Below are positions 1 to 12,900 of a stretch of DNA of 64,000 nucleotides, in pieces (position 1 is the stretch's first letter; the number at the start of each line of letters is the position of its first letter). This DNA comes from Auanema rhodensis (taxonomy: Eukaryota; Animalia; Nematoda): the NCBI GenBank assembly GCA_964057225.1, contig OZ059894.1, forward strand, positions 3,286,001-3,350,000, in the 5' to 3' direction. The position numbers were made by a program, and so were the translations under genes. Under the pieces are notes generated by a model. The model was not told the DNA's origin and searched no databases. It was given only the letters and a program-made list of their open reading frames with translations.

Positions 1-351
1 TATCAGTTGATATCTCGGTGCATTTTTAAGCTAGCGCAAATCTGATAACACAGATCGACGCAGCTTAAAAATCCGCATCGAATGCACTATACTACATTAA
101 GAAACGCTTAATATAAAAATTAGTTATGATCGTTTGAAAAATGATGCATTAGTGTATGTTGAGTTTCCATGTACACTCAACATTGCTTCCAAAAACATTT
201 TGACAAAAATTTTCCCGGAAAATTTCAAAATAATTTCACGAAAAGTAGATGTTTTTAGATTTCTTTTTTCGAGGCGAAGATGATGGACAATGTTATTCAG
301 CGAAAAAATAAACTCTTCAGGGTGAAAATCGAGGATATAAGTGTGAACAAA
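1..351. repeat. Representative full-length 351-bp monomer
   Basis: Hand count of 114 G+C in 351 bp. Near-invariant EcoRV (GATATC), NheI (GCTAGC), NsiI (ATGCAT) and BsrGI (TGTACA) sites. Other copies carry subtype-specific HindIII (AAGCTT) and XbaI (TCTAGA) sites. Confidence 0.98.
156..183. other. Conserved 9-bp perfect inverted repeat ATGTTGAGT-N10-ACTCAACAT, present in both long and short monomers
   Basis: Arms 156-164 and 175-183 are exact reverse complements. Function unknown. Confidence 0.9.
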
Positions 352-1386
352 TATCAGTTGATATCTCGGTGCATTTTTAAGCTAGCGCAAATCTGATAAC
401 ACAGATCGACGCAGCTCAAAAATCTACATCGAATGCACTATACTTCATTAAGAAATGCTCAATACAAAAATTAGTTATGATCGTTTGGAAAATGATGCAT
501 TACTGTATGTTGAGTTTCCATGTACACTCAACATTGCTTCCAAAAACATTTTGACAAAAATTTTTTCGAAAAATTTCAAAATAGTTTAGCAAAAAGTAGA
601 TGTTTTTAGATTCCTTTTTTCAAGGCAAAAACGATGGACAATGTTATTCAACGAAAAAAGTAAATCTTCAGGGTGAAAATCGAGGATATAAGTGTGAACA
701 TATATCAGTTGATATCTCGGTGCATTTTTAAGCTAGCGCAAATCTGATAACACAGATCGACGCAGCTCAAAAATCTACATCGAATGCACTATACTTCATT
801 AAGAAATGCTCAATACAAAAATTAGTTATGATCGTTTGGAAAATGATGCATTACTGTATGTTGAGTTTCAATGTACACTCAACATTGCTTTCAAAAACAT
901 TTTGACAAAAATTTTCCCGAAAAATTTCGAAATAATTTCACGAAAAGTAGATGTTTTTAGATTCCTTGTTTCAAGGCGAAGACGATAGACAATGTTATTC
1001 AGCGAAAAAATTAACTCTCCAGGGTGAAAATCGAGGATATAAGTGTGAACAAATATCAGTTGATATCTCGGTGCATTTTTAAGCTAGCGCAAATCTGATC
1101 ACACAGATCGACGCAGCTCAAAAATCTACATCGAATGCACTATACTTCATTAAGAAATGCTCAATACAAAAATTAGTTATGATCGTTTGGAAAATGATGC
1201 ATTACTGTATGTTGAGTTTCAATGTACACTCAACATTGCTTCCAAAAACATTTTGACAAAATTTTTCCCGAAAAATTTCAAAATAATTTCACGAAAAGTA
1301 GATGTTTTTAGATTCCTTTTTTCAAGGCGAAGACGATGGACAATGTTATTCAGCGAAAAAATTAACTCTTCAGTGTGAAAATCGAG

Positions 1387-1583
1387 AAAAATGATGCATT
1401 ACTGTATGTTGAGTTTCAATGTACACTCAACATTGCTTCCAAAAACATTTTGACAAAAATTTTCCCGAAAAATTTCAAAATAATTTCACGAAAAGTAGAT
1501 GTTTTTAGATTTCTTTTTTCGAGGCGAAGATGATGGACAATGTTATTCAGCGAAAAAATAAACTCTTCAGGGTGAAAATCGAG
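1387..1583. repeat. Representative 197-bp short monomer (154-bp deletion derivative)
   Basis: The junction ATCGAG|AAAAATGATG replaces ATCGAG-GATATAAG...CGTTTG-AAAAATGATG. Junction ATCGAG starts at 1381, 3684, 5636, 7588, 10943, 12895, 14145, 14696, 16648, 17199, 19151, 19702, 21654, 22205, 25209, 26111, 27712, 28614, 31268, 31468, 32016, 34670, 35221, 37175, 38776, 40377, 42329, 44281, 46233, 46781, 49084, 51036, 53339, 54589, 56190, 57791, 59743, 60642, 61541 and 63844. Confidence 0.97.
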
Positions 1584-4500
1584 GATATAAGTGTGAACAT
1601 ATATCAGTTGATATCTCGGTGCATTTTTAAGCTAGCGCAAATCTGATAACACAGATCGACGCAGCTCAAAAATCTACATCGAATGCATTATACTTCATTA
1701 AGAAATGCTCAATACCAAAATTAGTTATGATCGTTTGGAAAATGATGCATTACTGTATGTTGAGTTTCAATGTACACTCAACATTGCTTTCAAAAACATT
1801 TTGACAAAAATTTTCCCGAAAAATTTCGAAATAATTTCACGAAAAGTAGATGTTTTTAGATTCCTTGTTTCAAGGCGAAGACGATAGACAATGTTATTCA
1901 GCGAAAAAATTAACTCTCCAGGGTGAAAATCGAGGATATAAGTGTGAACCGATATCAGTTGATATCTCGGTGCATTTTTAAGCTAGCGCAAATATGATAA
2001 CATAGATCGACGCAGCTTAAAAATCCGCATTGAATGCACTATACTACATTGAGAAAAGCTTAATACAAAAATTAGTTATGATCGTTTGAAAAATGATGCA
2101 TTACTGTATGTTGAGTTTCCATGTACACTCAACATTGCTTCCAAAAACATTTTGACAAAAATTTTCCCGAAAAATTTCTAGATAATTTCACAAAAAGTAG
2201 ATGTTTTTAGATTCCTTTTTTCAAGGCGAAGACGACGGACAATGCTATTCAACGTAAAAATTAGTTCTTTAGGGTGAAAATCGAGGATATAGGTGTGAAC
2301 TTATATCAGTTGATATCTCGGTGCATTTTTAAGCTAGCGCAAATCTGATAACACAGATCGACGCAGCTTAAAAATCCGCATCGAATGCACTATACTACAT
2401 TAAGAAACGCTTAATATAAAAATTAGTTATGATCGTTTGAAAAATGATGCATTAGTGTATGTTGAGTTTCCATGTACACTCAACATTGCTTCCAAAAACA
2501 TTTTGACAAAAATTTTCCCGAAAAATTTCTAGATAATTTCACAAAAAGTAGATGTTTTTAGATTCCTTTTTTCAAGGCGAAGACGACGGACAATGCTATT
2601 CAACGTAAAAATTAGTTCTTTAGGGTGAAAATCGAGGATATAGGTGTGAACTTATATCAGTTGATATCTCGGTGCATTTTTAAGCTAGCGCAAATCTGAT
2701 AACACAGATCGACGCAGCTTAAAAATCCGCATCGAATGCACTATACTACATTGAGAAACGCTTAATATAAAAATTAGTTATGATCGTTTGAAAAATGATG
2801 CATTAGTGTATGTTGAGTTTCCATGTACACTCAACATTGCTTCCAAAAACATTTTGACAAAAATTTTCCCGAAAAATTTCTAGATAATTTCACAAAAAGT
2901 AGATGTTTTTAGATTCCTTTTTGCAAGGCGAAGACGACGGACAATGCTATTCAACGTAAAAATTAGTTCTTTAGGGTGAAAATCGAGGATATAGGTGTGA
3001 ACTTATATCAGTTGATATCTCGGTGCATTTTTAAGCTAGCGCAAATCTGATAACACAGATCGACGCAGCTTAAAAATCCGCATCGAATGCACTATACTAC
3101 ATTAAGAAACGCTTAATATAAAAATTAGTTATGATCGTTTGAAAAATGATGCATTAGTGTATGTTGAGTTTCCATGTACACTCAACATTGCTTCCAAAAA
3201 CATTTTGACAAAAATTTTTTCGAAAAATTTCAAAATAGTTTAGCAAAAAGTAGATGTTTTTAGATTCCTTTTTTCAAGGCAAAAACGATGGACAATGTTA
3301 TTCAACGAAAAAAGTAAATCTTCAGGGTGAAAATCGAGGATATAAGTGTGAACATATATCAGTTGATATCTCGGTGCATTTTTAAGCTAGCGCAAATCTG
3401 ATAACACAGATCGACGCAGCTCAAAAATCTACATCGAATGCACTATACTTCATTAAGAAATGCTCAATACAAAAATTAGTTATGATCGTTTGGAAAATGA
3501 TGCATTACTGTATGTTGAGTTTCAATGTACAATCAACATTGCTTCCAAAAACATTTTGACAAAAATTTTCCCGAAAAATTTCAAAATAATTTCACGAAAA
3601 GTAGATGTTTTTAGATTCCTTTTTTCAAGGCGAAGACGATGGACAATGTTATTCAGCGAAAAAATTAACTCTTCAGTGTGAAAATCGAGAAAAATGATGC
3701 ATTACTGTATGTTGAGTTTCAATGTACACTCAACATTGCTTCCAAAAACATTTTGACAAAAATTTTCCCGAAAAATTTCAAAATAATTTCACGAAAAGTA
3801 GATGTTTTTAGATTTCTTTTTTTGAGGCGAAGATGATGGACAATGTTATTCAGCGAAAAAATAAACTCTTCAGGGTGAAAATCGAGGATATAAGTGTGAA
3901 CATATATCAGTTGATATCTCGGTGCATTTTTAAGCTAGCGCAAATCTGATAACACAGATCGACGCAGCTCAAAAATCTACATCGAATGCACTATACTTCA
4001 TTAAGAAATGCTCAATACCAAAATTAGTTATGATCGTTTGGAAAATGATGCATTACTGTATGTTGAGTTTCAATGTACACTCAACATTGCTTTCAAAAAC
4101 ATTTTGACAAAAATTTTCCCGAAAAATTTCGAAATAATTTCACGAAAAGTAGATGTTTTTAGATTCCTTGTTTCAAGGCGAAGACGATAGACAATGTTAT
4201 TCAGCGAAAAAATTAACTCTCCAGGGTGAAAATCGAGGATATAAGTGTGAACCGATATCAGTTGATATCTCGGTGCATTTTTAAGCTAGCGCAAATATGA
4301 TAACATAGATCGACGCAGCTTAAAAATCCGCATTGAATGCACTATACTACATTGAGAAAAGCTTAATACAAAAATTAGTTATGATCGTTTGAAAAATGAT
4401 GCATTACTGTATGTTGAGTTTCCATGTACACTCAACATTGCTTCCAAAAACATTTTGACAAAAATTTTCCCGAAAAATTTCTAGATAATTTCACAAAAAG

Positions 4501-7500
4501 TAGATGTTTTTAGATTCCTTTTTGCAAGGCGAAGACGACGGACAATGCTATTCAACGTAAAAATTAGTTCTTTAGGGTGAAAATCGAGGATATAGGTGTG
4601 AACTTATATCAGTTGATATCTCGGTGCATTTTTAAGCTACCGCAAATATGATAACATAGATCGACGCAGCTTAAAAATCCGCATTGAATGCACTATACTA
4701 CATTGAGAAAAGCTTAATACAAAAATTAGTTATGATCGTTTGAAAAATGATGCATTACTGTATGTTGAGTTTCCATGTACACTCAACATTGCTTCCAAAA
4801 ACATTTTGACAAAAATTTTCCCGAAAAATTTCAAAATAGTTTAGCAAAAAGTAGATGTTTTTAGATTCGTTTTTTCAAGGCAAAAACGATGGACAATGTT
4901 ATTCAGCGAAAAAATTAACTCTCCAGGGTGAAAATCGAGGATATAAGTGTGAACCGATATCAGTTGATATCTCGGTGCATTTTTAAGCTAGCGCAAATAT
5001 GATAACATAGATCGACGCAGCTTAAAAATCCGCATTGAATGCACTATACTACATTGAGAAAAGCTTAATACAAAAATTAGTTATGATCGTTTGAAAAATG
5101 ATGCATTACTGTATGTTGAGTTTCCATGTACACTCAACATTGCTTCCAAAAACATTTTGACAAAAATTTTTTCGAAAAATTTCAAAATAGTTTAGCAAAC
5201 AGTAGATGTTTTTAGATTCCTTTTTTCAAGGCAAAAACGATGGACAATGTTATTCAACGAAAAAAGTAAATCTTCAGGGTGAAAATCGAGGATATAAGTG
5301 TGAACATATATCAGTTGATATCTCGGTGCATTTTTAAGCTAGCGCAAATCTGATAACACAGATCGACGCAGCTCAAAAATCTACATCGAATGCACTATAC
5401 TTCATTAAGAAATGCTCAATACAAAAATTAGTTATGATCGTTTGGAAAATGATGCATTACTGTATGTTGAGTTTCAATGTACAATCAACATTGCTTCCAA
5501 AAACATTTTGACAAAAATTTTCCCGAAAAATTTCAAAATAATTTCACGAAAAGTAGATGTTTTTAGATTCCTTTTTTCAAGGCGAAGACGATGGACAATG
5601 TTATTCAGCGAAAAAATTAACTCTTCAGTGTGAAAATCGAGAAAAATGATGCATTACTGTATGTTGAGTTTCAATGTACACTCAACATTGCTTCCAAAAA
5701 CATTTTGACAAAAATTTTCCCGAAAAATTTCAAAATAATTTCACGAAAAGTAGATGTTTTTAGATTTCTTTTTTTGAGGCGAAGATGATGGACAATGTTA
5801 TTCAGCGAAAAAATAAACTCTTCAGGGTGAAAATCGAGGATATAAGTGTGAACATATATCAGTTGATATCTCGGTGCATTTTTAAGCTAGCGCAAATCTG
5901 ATAACACAGATCGACGCAGCTCAAAAATCTACATCGAATGCACTATACTTCATTAAGAAATGCTCAATACCAAAATTAGTTATGATCGTTTGGAAAATGA
6001 TGCATTACTGTATGTTGAGTTTCAATGTACACTCAACATTGCTTTCAAAAACATTTTGACAAAAATTTTCCCGAAAAATTTCGAAATAATTTCACGAAAA
6101 GTAGATGTTTTTAGATTCCTTGTTTCAAGGCGAAGACGATAGACAATGTTATTCAGCGAAAAAATTAACTCTCCAGGGTGAAAATCGAGGATATAAGTGT
6201 GAACCGATATCAGTTGATATCTCGGTGCATTTTTAAGCTAGCGCAAATATGATAACATAGATCGACGCAGCTTAAAAATCCGCATTGAATGCACTATACT
6301 ACATTGAGAAAAGCTTAATACAAAAATTAGTTATGATCGTTTGAAAAATGATGCATTACTGTATGTTGAGTTTCCATGTACACTCAACATTGCTTCCAAA
6401 AACATTTTGACAAAAATTTTCCCGAAAAATTTCTAGATAATTTCACAAAAAGAAGATGTTTTTAGATTCCTTTTTGCAAGGCGAAGACGACGGACAATGC
6501 TATTCAACGTAAAAATTAGTTCTTTAGGGTGAAAATCGAGGATATAGGTGTGAACTTATATCAGTTGATATCTCGGTGCATTTTTAAGCTAGCGCAAATA
6601 TGATAACATAGATCGACGCAGCTTAAAAATCCGCATTGAATGCACTATACTACATTGAGAAAAGCTTAATACAAAAATTAGTTATGATCGTTTGAAAAAT
6701 GATGCATTACTGTATGTTGAGTTTCCATGTACACTCAACATTGCTTCCAAAAACATTTTGACAAAAATTTTCCCGAAAAATTTCAAAATAGTTTAGCAAA
6801 AAGTAGATGTTTTTAGATTCGTTTTTTCAAGGCAAAAACGATGGACAATGTTATTCAGCGAAAAAATTAACTCTCCAGGGTGAAAATCGAGGATATAAGT
6901 GTGAACCGATATCAGTTGATATCTCGGTGCATTTTTAAGCTAGCGCAAATATGATAACATAGATCGACGCAGCTTAAAAATCCGCATTGAATGCACTATA
7001 CTACATTGAGAAAAGCTTAATACAAAAATTAGTTATGATCGTTTGAAAAATGATGCATTACTGTATGTTGAGTTTCCATGTACACTCAACATTGCTTCCA
7101 AAAACATTTTGACAAAAATTTTTTCGAAAAATTTCAAAATAGTTTAGCAAACAGTAGATGTTTTTAGATTCCTTTTTTCAAGGCAAAAACGATGGACAAT
7201 GTTATTCAACGAAAAAAGTAAATCTTCAGGGTGAAAATCGAGGATATAAGTGTGAACATATATCAGTTGATATCTCGGTGCATTTTTAAGCTAGCGCAAA
7301 TCTGATAACACAGATCGACGCAGCTCAAAAATCTACATCGAATGCACTATACTTCATTAAGAAATGCTCAATACAAAAATTAGTTATGATCGTTTGGAAA
7401 ATGATGCATTACTGTATGTTGAGTTTCAATGTACACTCAACATTGCTTCCAAAAACATTTTGACAAAAATTTTTTCGAAAAATTCCAAAATAGTTTAGCA

Positions 7501-10500
7501 AAAAGTAGATGTTTTTAGATTTCTTTTTTCGAGGCGAAGATGATGGACAATGTTATTCAGCGAAAAAATTAACTCTTCAGTGTGAAAATCGAGAAAAATG
7601 ATGCATTACTGTTGTTGAGTTTCAATGTACACTCAACATTGCTTCCAAAAACATTTTGACAAAAATTTTCCCGAAAAATTTCAAAATAATTTCACGAAAA
7701 GTAGATGTTTTTAGATTTCTTTTTTCGAGGCGAAGATGATGGACAATGTTATTCAGCGAAAAAATAAACTCTTCAGGGTGAAAATCGAGGATATAAGTGT
7801 GAACATATATCAGTTGATATCTCGGTGCATTTTTAAGCTAGCGCAAATCTGATAACACAGATCGACGCAGCTCAAAAATCTACATCGAATGCACTATACT
7901 TCATCAAGAAACGCTCAATACCAAAATTAGTTATGATCGTTTGGAAAATGATGCATTACTGTATGTTGAGTTTCAATGTACACTCAACATTGCTTTCAAA
8001 AACATTTTGACAAAAATTTTCCCGAAAAATTTCGAAATAATTTCACGAAAAGTAGATGTTTTTAGATTCCTTGTTCCAAGGCGAAGACGATAGACAATGT
8101 TATTCAGCGAAAAAATTAACTCTCCAGGGTGAAAATCGAGGATATAAGTGTGAACCGATATCAGTTGATATCTCGGTGCATTTTTAAGCTAGCGCAAATA
8201 TGATAACATAGATCGACGCAGCTTAAAAATCCGCATTGAATGCACTATACTACATTGAGAAAAGCTTAATACAAAAATTAGTTATGATCGTTTGAAAAAT
8301 GATGCATTACTGTATGTTGAGTTTCCATGTACACTCAACATTGCTTCCAAAAACATTTTGACAAAAATTTTCCCGAAAAATTTCAAAATAGTTTAGCAAA
8401 AAGTAGATGTTTTTAGATTCGTTTTTTCAAGGCAAAAACGATGGACAATGTTATTGAACGAAAAAAGTAAATCTTCAGGGTGAAAATCGAGGATACAAGT
8501 GTGAACATATATCAGTTGATATCTCGGTGCATTTTTAAGCTAGCGCAAATATGATAACATAGATCGACGCAGCTTAAAAATCCGCATTGAATGCACTATA
8601 CTACATTGAGAAAAGCTTAATACAAAAATTAGTTATGATCGTTTGAAAAATGATGCATTACTGTATGTTGAGTTTCCATGTACACTCAACATTGCTTCCA
8701 AAAACATTTTGACAAAAATTTTCCCGAAAAATTTCTAGATAATTTCACAAAAAGTAGATGTTTTTAGATTCGTTTTTTCAAGGCAAAAACGATGGACAAT
8801 GTTATTCAACGAAAAAAGTAAATCTTCAGGGTGAAAATCGAGGATACAAGTGTGAACATATATCAGTTGATATCTCGGTGCATTTTTAAACTAGCGCAAA
8901 TCTGATAACACAGATCGACGCAGCTTAAAAATCCGCATCGAATGCACTATACTACATTAAGAAACGCTTAATATAAAAATTAGTTATGATCGTTTGAAAA
9001 ATGATGCATTAGTGTATGTTGAGTTTCAATGTACACTCAACATTGCTTCCAAAAACATTTTGACAAAAATTTTTTCGAAAAATTTCAAAATAGTTTAGCA
9101 AAAAGTAGATGTTTTTAGATTCCTTTTTTCAAGGCAAAAACGATGGACAATGTTATTCAGCGAAAAAATTAACTCTCCAGGGTGAAAATCGAGGATATAA
9201 GTGTGAACCGATATCAGTTGATATCTCGGTGCATTTTTAAGCTAGCGCAAATATGATAACATAGATCGACGCAGCTTAAAAATCCGCATTGAATGCACTA
9301 TACTACATTGAGAAAAGCTTAATACAAAAATTAGTTATGATCGTTTGAAAAATGATGCATTACTGTATGTTGAGTTTCCATGTACACTCAACATTGCTTC
9401 CAAAAACATTTTGACAAAAATTTTCCCGAAAAATTTCAAAATAGTTTAGCAAAAAGTAGATGTTTTTAGATTCGTTTTTTCACGGCAAAAACGATGGACA
9501 ATGTTATTCAGCGAAAAAATTAACTCTCCAGGGTGAAAATCGAGGATATAAGTGTGAACCGATATCAGTTGATATCTCGGTGCATTTTTAAGCTAGCGCA
9601 AATATGATAACATAGATCGACGCAGCTTAAAAATCCGCATTGAATGCACTATACTACATTGAGAAAAGCTTAATACAAAAATTAGTTATGATCGTTTGAA
9701 AAATGATGCATTAGTGTATGTTGAGTTTCCATGTACACTCAACATTGCTTCCAAAAACATTTTGACAAAAATTTTCCCGAAAAATTTCAAAATAGTTTAG
9801 CAAAAAGTAGATGTTTTTAGATTCGTTTTTTCAAAGCAAAAACGATGGACAATGTTATTCAACGAAAAAAGTAAATCTTCAGGGTGAAAATCGAGGATAC
9901 AAGTGTGAACATATATCAGTTGATATCTCGGTGCATTTTTAAGCTAGCGCAAATATGATAACATAGATCGACGCAGCTTAAAAATCCGCATTGAATGCAC
10001 TATACTACATTGAGAAAAGCTTAATACAAAAATTAGTTATGATCGTTTGAAAAATGATGCATTACTGTATGTTGAGTTTCCATGTACACTCAACATTGCT
10101 TCCAAAAACATTTTGACAAAAATTTTCCCGAAAAATTTCTAGATAATTTCACAAAAAGTAGATGTTTTTAGATTCGTTTTTTCAAGGCAAAAACGATGGA
10201 CAATGTTATTCAACGAAAAAAGTAAATCTTCAGGGTGAAAATCGAGGATACAAGTGTGAACATATATCAGTTGATATCTCGGTGCATTTTTAAACTAGCG
10301 CAAATCTGATAACACAGATCGACGCAGCTTAAAAATCCGCATCGAATGCACTATACTACATTAAGAAACGCTTAGTATAAAAATTAGTTATGATCGTTTG
10401 AAAAATGATGCATTAGTGTATGTTGAGTTTCAATGTACACTCAACATTGCTTCCAAAAACATTTTGACAAAAATTTTTTCGAAAAATTTCAAAATAGTTT

Positions 10501-12900
10501 AGCAAAAAGTAGATGTTTTTAGATTCCTTTTTTCAAGGCAAAAACGATGGACAATGTTATTCAACGAAAAAAGTAAATCTTCAGGGTGAAAATCGAGGAT
10601 ATAAGTGTGAACATATATCAGTTGATATCTCGGTGCATTTTTAAGCTAGCGCAAATCTGATAACACAGATCGACGCAGCTCAAAAATCTACATCGAATGC
10701 ACTATACTTCATTAAGAAATGCTCAATACAAAAATTAGTTATGATCGTTTGGAAAATGATGCATTACTGTATGTTGAGTTTCAATGTACAATCAACATTG
10801 CTTCCAAAAACATTTTGACAAAAATTTTCCCGAAAAATTTCAAAATAATTTCACGAAAAGTAGATGTTTTTAGATATCTTTTTTCAAGGCGAAGACGATG
10901 GACAATGTTATTCAGCGAAAAAATTAACTCTTCAGTGTGAAAATCGAGAAAAATGATGCATTACTGTATGTTGAGTTTCAATGTACACTCAACATTGCTT
11001 CCAAAAACATTTTGACAAAAATTTTCCCGAAAAATTTCAAAATAATTTCACGAAAAGTAGATGTTTTTAGATTTCTTTTTTTGAGGCGAAGATGATGGAC
11101 AATGTTATTCAGCAAAAAAATAAACTCTTCAGGGTGAAAATCGAGGATATAAGTGTGAACATATATCAGTTGATATCTCGGTGCATTTTTAAGCTAGCGC
11201 AAATCTGATAACACAGATCGACGCAGCTCAAAAATCTACATCGAATGCACTATACTTCATTAAGAAATGCTCAATACCAAAATTAGTTATGATCGTTTGG
11301 AAAATGATGCATTACTGTATGTTGAGTTTCAATGTACACTCAACATTGCTTTCAAAAACATTTTGACAAAAATTTTCCCGAAAAATTTCGAAATAATTTC
11401 ACGAAAAGTAGATGTTTTTAGATTTCTTGTTTCAAGGCGAAGACGATAGACAATGTTATTCAGCGAAAAAATTAACTCTCCAGGGTGAAAATCGAGGATA
11501 TAAGTGTGAACCGATATCAGTTGATATCTCGGTGCATTTTTAAGCTAGCGCAAATATGATAACATAGATCGACGCAGCTTAAAAATCCGCATTGAATGCA
11601 CTATACTACATTGAGAAAAGCTTAATAAAAAAATTAGTTATGATCGTTTGAAAAATGATGCATTACTGTATGTTGAGTTTCCATGTACACTCAACATTGC
11701 TTCCAAAAACATTTTGACAAAAATTTTCCCGAAAAATTTCTAGATAATTTCACAAAAAGTAGATGTTTTTAGATTTCTTTTTTCGAGGCGAAGATGATGG
11801 ACAATGTTATTCAGCAAAAAAATAAACTCTTCAGGGTGAAAATCGAGGATATAAGTGTGAACATATATCAGTTGATATCTCGGTGCATTTTTAAGCTAGC
11901 GCAAATCTGATAACACAGATCGACGCAGCTCAAAAATCTACATCGAATGCACTATACTTCATTAAGAAATGCTCAATACCAAAATTAGTTATGATCGTTT
12001 GGAAAATGATGCATTACTGTATGTTGAGTTTCAATGTACACTCAACATTGCTTTCAAAAACATTTTGACAAAAATTTTTTCGAAAAATTTCCAAATAATT
12101 TAGCAGAAAGTATATGTTTTTAGATTGCTTTTTTCAAGGCAAAGACGATGGACAATGTTATTCAACGAAAAAAGTAAATCTTCAGGGTGAAAATCGAGGA
12201 TATAAGTGTGAACATATATCAGTTGATATCTCGGTGCATTTTTAAGCTAGCGCAAATCTGATAACACAGATCGACGCAGCTCAAAAATCTACATCGAATG
12301 CACTATACTTCATTAAGAAATGCTCAGTACAAAAATTAGTTATGATCGTTTAAAAAATGATGCATTATTGTATGTTGAGTTTCCATGTACACTCAACATT
12401 GCTTCCAAAAACATTTTGACAAAAATTTTCCCGGAAAATTTCAAAATAATTTCACGAAAAGTAGATGTTTTTAGATTTCTTTTTTCGAGGCGAAGATGAT
12501 GGACAATGTTATTCAGCGAAAAAATAAACTCTTCAGGGTGAAAATCGAGGATATAAGTGTGAACAAATATCAGTTGATATCTCGGTTCATTTTTAAGCTA
12601 GCGCAAATCTGATAACACAGATCGACGCAGCTCAAAAATCTACATCGAATGCACTATACTTCATTAAGAAATGCTCAATACAAAAATTAGTTATGATCGT
12701 TTGGAAAATGATGCATTACTGTATGTTGAGTTTCAATGTACACTCAACATTGCTTCCAAAAACATTTTGACAAAAATTTTCCCGAAAAATTTCAAAATAA
12801 TTTCACGAAAAGTAGATGTTTTTAGATTCCTTTTTTCAAGGCGAAGACGATGGACAATGTTATTCAGCGAAAAAATTAACTCTTCAGTGTGAAAATCGAG

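Larger units (their letters stand above)
1..12100. repeat. HOR domain A: loosely ordered, with a 1952-bp (5 long + 1 short) duplication and a 1404-bp (4 long) duplication
   Basis: Identical ORF variants at 3460/5412 and 4008/5960 (+1952). Private marker TAAACTAGCG at about 8887 and 10291 (+1404). Domain-specific markers CTTGTT, TGTACAATCAAC and TTCGTTTTTTC. Boundaries approximate. Confidence 0.75.

Noticed and set aside
40-55. Apparent compensatory change ATCTG-ATAACA-CAGAT versus TATG-ATAA-CATA between subtypes
   Set aside because: The stems are only 4-5 bp and in different registers. Linkage is explained by shared haplotype descent.
1-351. Tandem RNA gene repeat (5S rRNA, tRNA, snRNA or spliced leader)
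   Set aside because: I recognise no conserved RNA sequence, cloverleaf or Pol III box. An Rfam/Infernal search would settle it.
916-931. CENP-B-box-like motif on the minus strand (TTCGAAATTTTTCGGG) in the TTCGAA-allele monomers
   Set aside because: The canonical core is TTCG-N4-A-N2-CGGG (7-nt spacer). Here the spacer is 8 nt, the central A is missing, and the motif is confined to a minority allele.
2268-2274. TTTAGGG plant telomere motif
   Set aside because: It is a single copy in one monomer subtype, never tandem, and expected by chance.
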